Part shown: positions 34,813-38,982 of the stretch, piece after piece
Numbering within the stretch: position 1 is the first letter of the stretch
Layout: each line of letters starts with the position of its first letter
Made by a program: the position numbers and the translations under genes
The notes under the pieces: generated by a model
What the model was told of the DNA's origin: nothing
Database searches by the model: none
What the model saw: the letters and a program-made list of their open reading frames with translations, nothing else
Origin: an uncultured Verrucomicrobiota bacterium
GTDB taxonomy: Bacteria > Verrucomicrobiota > Verrucomicrobiia > Limisphaerales > UBA8199
Direction: 5' to 3'
DNA: 38,982 nucleotides
Assembly (NCBI GenBank): GCA_964531815.1
Contig: CAZHEW010000002.1
Coordinates: 1 to 38,982 of the forward strand

Positions 34813-36093
34813 ATGAACGACATTGAAGTCATTATTGTCCTGCTGCTGCTGTTCATGGCCGTGCCGGACGTTTGCCGGCGGCTGGGGCGGCCGGGCCTGG
34901 TGTTTCCGGCGTTCGTGGTATTTGGCATGGCGCTGGGGCCGGTGGCGAACGAAGGCGTGAAGGCGATGTTGCACGGGGCCGGCATGGTGGGCTTCCTGCT
35001 GCTGCTGTTTCAGGTGGGGCTGGAGATTGACCTGCCGCGGCCGCGGCAGGTGCTGGAGGCGGCTGGCTTTGCGGTGCCATGGGCGCTGGTGCAATACCCC
35101 GTGGTGCTGCTGCTGGCGCCGATCGCGGGGCTGGGCGTGGCGGAATCGCTGCTGGCGGCCGCAACGCTGACCGGCGTGTCCGTAGGCATGGCTTACCCGG
35201 CATGGAAGAGCTACCCGGGGCTTGCACAGGACGAGCAGGGGCGCATCCTGCGCATTCTGATTCTGCTGGAGGCAATCGCCATCGTCCTGCTGGCGGTGGA
35301 GGCGCCGGCGCTCAAGGCGGGGTTGAACTGGTTCATCCTGCTGCGCCTGGCGGGCATCGCGCTGGTGGTGCTGCTGGTGGCCCGGTTCGCCCCGCACCTC
35401 ACCCAACTCTTCCAGGTGATTCTGGAGCGCGCGACGCAATGGCGGACGCACCTGCTGGTGCTGCTGGTGCTGGTGGTGTGCGCCGCGGGAGAGCGGCTCG
35501 GGCTCTCGGCGGCCAAGACCGCGTTCTTTCTGGGCTTGTTCATGAGCCGCGCCGAGCATGACGGCAGATGCCTGGAGGAATACACCGCGCCGGTGAGCGA
35601 GCGGTTTTTGATCCCGATCTTCTTTGTGTCGCTGGGGCTGCAGGTGAACTGGGCCGCGGTGGGCTCGTTGATCGGGCTGAGCGCGCTCGGCGCGGCGGGG
35701 CTGCTGATAGGCGTGCGCCAGGTCCTGCATCGGCGCTGGCTCAGGGTGGGAGGCGACCAACACACCTACCTGCTGCTGTGCCCAAACCTGACGGTCGTGG
35801 CTCTCGGGGCCTCAAGCTTGCTGGAGGACCCAATGACTGCCGGGGCGGCGAGTTGGCTGTTGCTGACCGGATTGTTCACAAGCGTGTTTGCAATCGCGTC
35901 CCTGCCGGCCTCACGAAGAGGCGGCGGCCACAGCGGGGAATCGTCCCAACCCAATGCTCCCGAAGGAAAGGCGCCTGGGGGACCGCGCCCGGTTGCCCAG
36001 GGAGCCGCGCGTGCGAGCAGGCGGGTGGCAAAGCCGGCCGGCTGGGGCCCAACTTGGGTTCCCGGAGCCGGCGGGCGTTGCTGGGGTGTTTAG
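34813..36093 (+). CDS. cation:proton antiporter (CPA/Kef-type Na+/H+ exchanger family)
   Basis: GAGG upstream of the ATG. About 11 TM helices. N-terminal IIVLLLLFMAVPDVCRRLGRPGLV is typical of Na_H_Exchanger proteins. The last ~60 aa are low-complexity, so the real C-terminus is uncertain. Confidence 0.7.
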   Translation: MNDIEVIIVLLLLFMAVPDVCRRLGRPGLVFPAFVVFGMALGPVANEGVKAMLHGAGMVGFLLLLFQVGLEIDLPRPRQVLEAAGFAVPWALVQYPVVLLLAPIAGLGVAESLLAAATLTGVSVGMAYPAWKSYPGLAQDEQGRILRILILLEAIAIVLLAVEAPALKAGLNWFILLRLAGIALVVLLVARFAPHLTQLFQVILERATQWRTHLLVLLVLVVCAAGERLGLSAAKTAFFLGLFMSRAEHDGRCLEEYTAPVSERFLIPIFFVSLGLQVNWAAVGSLIGLSALGAAGLLIGVRQVLHRRWLRVGGDQHTYLLLCPNLTVVALGASSLLEDPMTAGAASWLLLTGLFTSVFAIASLPASRRGGGHSGESSQPNAPEGKAPGGPRPVAQGAARASRRVAKPAGWGPTWVPGAGGRCWGV

Positions 36094-36767
36094 CTGGCGG
36101 CCCCGCAGTCGCGCTCGAAACGGTTCAGGTTCTCACGCCGGCCAACGACCATCAGGGTGTCGTTGGTCTCCAGGATCGAGTCCGCGCTGGGCTCGATGGC
36201 TTCGGTCTTCCTGTTGCCTCGAGGGCGGGTGATCAGGACAGCCGTAATACCATAACGCTGGGGCAGTTTTGCCTGGACCAGGGTTTGGCCGTGCAGGGCC
36301 AAGCCGAGCTTTATGTGGGCCAACTGATATTCTCCGTGCAAGGGCTGACGCTCGTTCTGCGCATCGTCACGGAGGCGTTCAGCCAGCCGATAGGCCATGT
36401 CGCGGGTGGGCAATACCACGAGATCGGCCCCCAGTTTCTCCAGCACCTGGGCGTGCTTGGCGTCGAGCGCGCGGGCGACGATCTTCTTTACCTTCAGGTC
36501 TTTGAGCAGCAGGGTGGCGAGCACGCTGCCCTGGATGTTCTCGCCGATGCATACGACCGCGGCGTCGGACTCCTGCACGCCCGCTTGCTTCAGGGCGTCT
36601 TCGTCTTCCACATCCATCTCCAGGGCGCGAAATCCGTCCTCCGCCAGGTCCTCGACTCGTTTGTCGTCCTTGTCGGCCAGGACCACTTCGCAGCCCAGCT
36701 CCGACAGCCGTGTGGCCAGGTGGGTGCCGAAGCGGCCGGCGCCAAGTATGAAAACTCGCTTAGCCAT
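36090..36767 (-). CDS. ktrA: TrkA/KtrA family potassium uptake protein (RCK domain)
   Basis: Start at ATG 36767 gives MAKRVFILGAGRFGTHLATRLSELGCEVVLADKD (Rossmann GxGxxG). TrkA-C-like C-terminal half. The ORF-track extension to 36974 overlaps ktrB. Confidence 0.85.
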   Translation of the reverse strand: MAKRVFILGAGRFGTHLATRLSELGCEVVLADKDDKRVEDLAEDGFRALEMDVEDEDALKQAGVQESDAAVVCIGENIQGSVLATLLLKDLKVKKIVARALDAKHAQVLEKLGADLVVLPTRDMAYRLAERLRDDAQNERQPLHGEYQLAHIKLGLALHGQTLVQAKLPQRYGITAVLITRPRGNRKTEAIEPSADSILETNDTLMVVGRRENLNRFERDCGAAS

Positions 36768-36771
36768 AAAA

Positions 36772-38181
36772 TCAACCGAGGGCCAATTCTTCCGCAGGAT
36801 AACGGACGTGCAAAGGATTTTTTGGCCGGGCCAGGTAAACCGCCAGCACGAGCGGCCCGACGCGCCCGGTGAACAGGAGCGCAATGATGACCAGTTTGCC
36901 GAGCGGGGTGAGCAGCGGCGTGACGCCGGTGCTGAAGCCGACCGTGCCGAAGGCGGAGAAGGCCTCGAATACAAGTCCGAGCCAGTGATGCGGCGTCTGC
37001 GCCGCGGGATGCCCCAACTCGGTGATCATGAGCAGGCCCACGCCACCAAGAAGAACGGCCCCGGCAAGCAGCGCCAGCATGGTGGCAACCCCCGAGAGGT
37101 GGCTGGGAATGCGGCGTCCGAAGATCTGAATCTGCTCGGTGCGCCGGAGGGCGCTCCAGGCGGTCAGGATGAGCAGCGCGAACGTCACCACCTTGATGCC
37201 GCCGGCCATCGAGCCGGGCGCGCCGCCGATCAGCATGAGCGGCAGCGTTGCCAGGAGGGTGGGCGGGTTCATTTGGTTGACATCCACCAGGTTGAACCCT
37301 GCGCTGCGGCACATCACGGAATGGAACAACGGCCAGGTGACGTGCTCCCAGCCGCGGGCGTCTTTGAGCGTGTGGTCACCCTCGAACGCGAGGGTGACAA
37401 GCGCGCCGCCCACCAGCAGTAAGGCCGTCGTGATGATCGTCAGCCGGGTCTGCAGGGTCAGGTAACCGCGCCGCCGCGGGTCGCGCCGCCAGAAGCGGAT
37501 AAAGCGCAGGTTGATCAGGGTCATCAGACCGAGACCGCCGGCGATGACGAGAATGTCTAACACGGCGAGGATGCCTGGAAAGTGACTCCAGCGAGCGGCT
37601 CCTTCCGGGTGGAGAGAGATGCCGGCATTGCAGAAGGCGCTGACGGAGTGAAAGAGTGATTCCCAAAGGCCATGCCAGGGGGACGGTTGCGGCAGGTTTT
37701 CCGACAGCAACAGAAAGAGCGCCACCGTGCCGCCAAGCTCGAAGAGCAGAACGAACAGGCAGGCGTAGATAAAGACATCCAGGGGGCGGGCGTCGCGCAG
37801 TCTGCCCCAGACGGCGTGGATGGTCTGCTCGTCGGCCAGGGACAGGCGGCTGCCGCTCAGAAGCGCCAGGGAGATGCTGGCCGTAAAGATGCCCAGGCCG
37901 CCGCATTGAATGAGGCATAGCAGCACACCCTGTCCGAATCCGTTCAAGGTTTGCGAGATGTCCACGGGAGTCAAACCGGTCAGGCACGTGGCAGAAGCCG
38001 AGAGGAAGAACGCGTCGAGCAGGCTGAGGGGGTGGCCGGGGTGGCGGGTCCAGGGCAACAGCAGCAGCCCCGTTCCAACGAGAATGAGCGCCAGGAAGCC
38101 GAGCGGGACAATGCGCAAGTCCACCTCCTTGCGCCGAATAGAGGGTTGCGGCCAATTCCTGTTGCTTACCGCCGGGCCCAT
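36772..38181 (-). CDS. ktrB: TrkH/KtrB family potassium transporter
   Basis: Multi-TM protein with repeated pore-loop signatures (SATCLTGL, SAFCNAGISL, CRSAGFN, SAFGTVGFSTG). Stop lies 4 nt before the ktrA start. Confidence 0.85.
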   Translation of the reverse strand: MGPAVSNRNWPQPSIRRKEVDLRIVPLGFLALILVGTGLLLLPWTRHPGHPLSLLDAFFLSASATCLTGLTPVDISQTLNGFGQGVLLCLIQCGGLGIFTASISLALLSGSRLSLADEQTIHAVWGRLRDARPLDVFIYACLFVLLFELGGTVALFLLLSENLPQPSPWHGLWESLFHSVSAFCNAGISLHPEGAARWSHFPGILAVLDILVIAGGLGLMTLINLRFIRFWRRDPRRRGYLTLQTRLTIITTALLLVGGALVTLAFEGDHTLKDARGWEHVTWPLFHSVMCRSAGFNLVDVNQMNPPTLLATLPLMLIGGAPGSMAGGIKVVTFALLILTAWSALRRTEQIQIFGRRIPSHLSGVATMLALLAGAVLLGGVGLLMITELGHPAAQTPHHWLGLVFEAFSAFGTVGFSTGVTPLLTPLGKLVIIALLFTGRVGPLVLAVYLARPKNPLHVRYPAEELALG

Positions 38182-38207
38182 AAGGTCAGACTCCGCAGGC
38201 TTTGCGG

Positions 38208-38480
38208 TTAAGAGATGCCCAGTGGATGGGGTTGCACGATGGCACCCACGCTGCCGGGTTTAATGCGCCGTTTCATGCCCGGCAGTCTGGACTGCCGGGC
38301 CTGGGAAAGAAAGCCGTTCTTGCACCGGATGCGCTTGACCTCGGCGACCCAGGTGTCGGAATCCAGTTCGGGTGGGGCGAGGAGCTTGGTGCTGGGCTTT
38401 TCGGTGGCGTTTTCCACGCGCAGCCAGCCGTCGCAGCGGGCCAGCAAAAGGAGTTGCCGCCCGGCGGGGGCCACGGCCAT
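38208..38480 (-). CDS. possible small hypothetical protein upstream of ktrB
   Basis: 90-aa segment from ATG 38480 (MAVAPAGRQLLLLARCDGWLRVENATEKPSTKLLAPPELDSDTWVAEVKRIRCKNGF...) has protein-like composition, unlike the remainder of the 229-aa ORF. No motif recognised; may be non-coding. Confidence 0.25.
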   Translation of the reverse strand: MAVAPAGRQLLLLARCDGWLRVENATEKPSTKLLAPPELDSDTWVAEVKRIRCKNGFLSQARQSRLPGMKRRIKPGSVGAIVQPHPLGIS

Positions 38481-38491
38481 TCTGCCAAGGT

Positions 38492-38962
38492 ATGCCTCAA
38501 TCGCTATCAGCGGTTTACATCCATCTGGTCTTTTCCACCAAAGAGCGTCGTCCACTGCTGCGCGACGCCGCGCGGCGGGGGTCGCTACATGCCTACCTGG
38601 GCAGCATCTCCAAGAATCTGGACTGTCCGCCCATTCTGGTGGGAGGCACGGAAGACCATGTCCATCTGCTCTGCCGCTTCGGGCGCAGTCTGGCGCAGGC
38701 CGAGTGGGTGAAAGAATTGAAGCGGGTGTCGCATCTTTGGCTCCAGGAGCAAGGGCCGGATTACGCGGACTTCCAATGGCAAGGCGGGTATGCGGATTTT
38801 TCGGTGAGCCAGTCCAATCTGGAGGCGGTGCAGCAGTACGTTGCCAAACAGGAGGAGCACCATCGCAAGCTGAGGTTCCAGGATGAGTTGCGGGCATTGC
38901 TCCGCCGACACGCCCTTAAGTGGGATGAACCTAAAAACGGCAGTTGCACACCCCGAAAATGA
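38492..38962 (+). CDS. IS200-like Y1 (HUH) transposase, REP-associated tyrosine transposase (RAYT)-type
   Basis: Start at ATG 38492: MPQSLSAVYIHLVFSTKERRPLL. HUH motif DHVHLL. FQWQGGYADFSVSQSNLEAVQQYVAKQEEHHRK (Y-x3-Q). No TnpB partner visible. The window ends 20 nt after the stop. Confidence 0.75.
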   Translation: MPQSLSAVYIHLVFSTKERRPLLRDAARRGSLHAYLGSISKNLDCPPILVGGTEDHVHLLCRFGRSLAQAEWVKELKRVSHLWLQEQGPDYADFQWQGGYADFSVSQSNLEAVQQYVAKQEEHHRKLRFQDELRALLRRHALKWDEPKNGSCTPRK

Positions 38963-38982
38963 TGGTCAGCCTGTAGATACAA

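Noticed and set aside
1-38982. Scan of intergenic regions for tRNA, rRNA, tmRNA or other structured RNA genes.
   Set aside because: No cloverleaf-like or rRNA-like sequence was recognised. The only convincing structured RNA is the cobalamin riboswitch.

Overview
This is a 39-kb, high-GC bacterial chromosomal segment with about 37 tightly packed genes. All family calls come from motif recognition in the supplied translations; I could not run any search. PEP-CTERM sorting signals, an H-X9-DG pseudopilin-like protein, zinc-ribbon membrane proteins and the overall composition suggest the PVC superphylum (Verrucomicrobia or Planctomycetes). That placement is inference only.

Most of the window is housekeeping or transport:
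- DNA repair and transport: ogt, two OPA-like MFS transporters, an AGCS amino-acid symporter.
- Central metabolism and translation-related: gdh, queE, a class-III aminotransferase, rsmA, a NUDIX hydrolase, argH.
- Proteostasis: clpP-clpX.
- Other enzymes: a squalene/phytoene-synthase-like gene, a Gfo/Idh/MocA oxidoreductase, a ceramidase-like protein.
- Ion transport: a CPA-type antiporter and ktrB-ktrA.
- Accessory: a RelE/ParE toxin-antitoxin pair and a RAYT-like IS200 transposase.

The most interesting element is a clear cobalamin riboswitch at about 16005-16150 on the + strand, followed by a terminator-type expression platform. It sits directly upstream of three co-directional genes, none of which resembles a known B12 biosynthesis, transport or isozyme gene:
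- a small PEP-CTERM-anchored secreted protein;
- a 747-aa secreted protein that shares a Trp-rich N-terminal module with the first;
- a type-IV-pilin-like H-X9-DG (DUF1559-type) protein.

I propose this as a candidate, previously undescribed B12-responsive cell-surface system, possibly for corrinoid capture.

Other notable non-coding structures and loci:
- an 11-nt-periodic, palindromically arranged CTCCTCCG / CGGAGGAG array in a divergent promoter region (13872-13984);
- a 63-nt near-perfect palindrome with four ACATGGCT half-sites upstream of clpP (24476-24538);
- a tandem pair of DUF4091/GH123-like paralogs carrying different export signals (Sec vs Tat).

No rRNA, tRNA or CRISPR array was seen.
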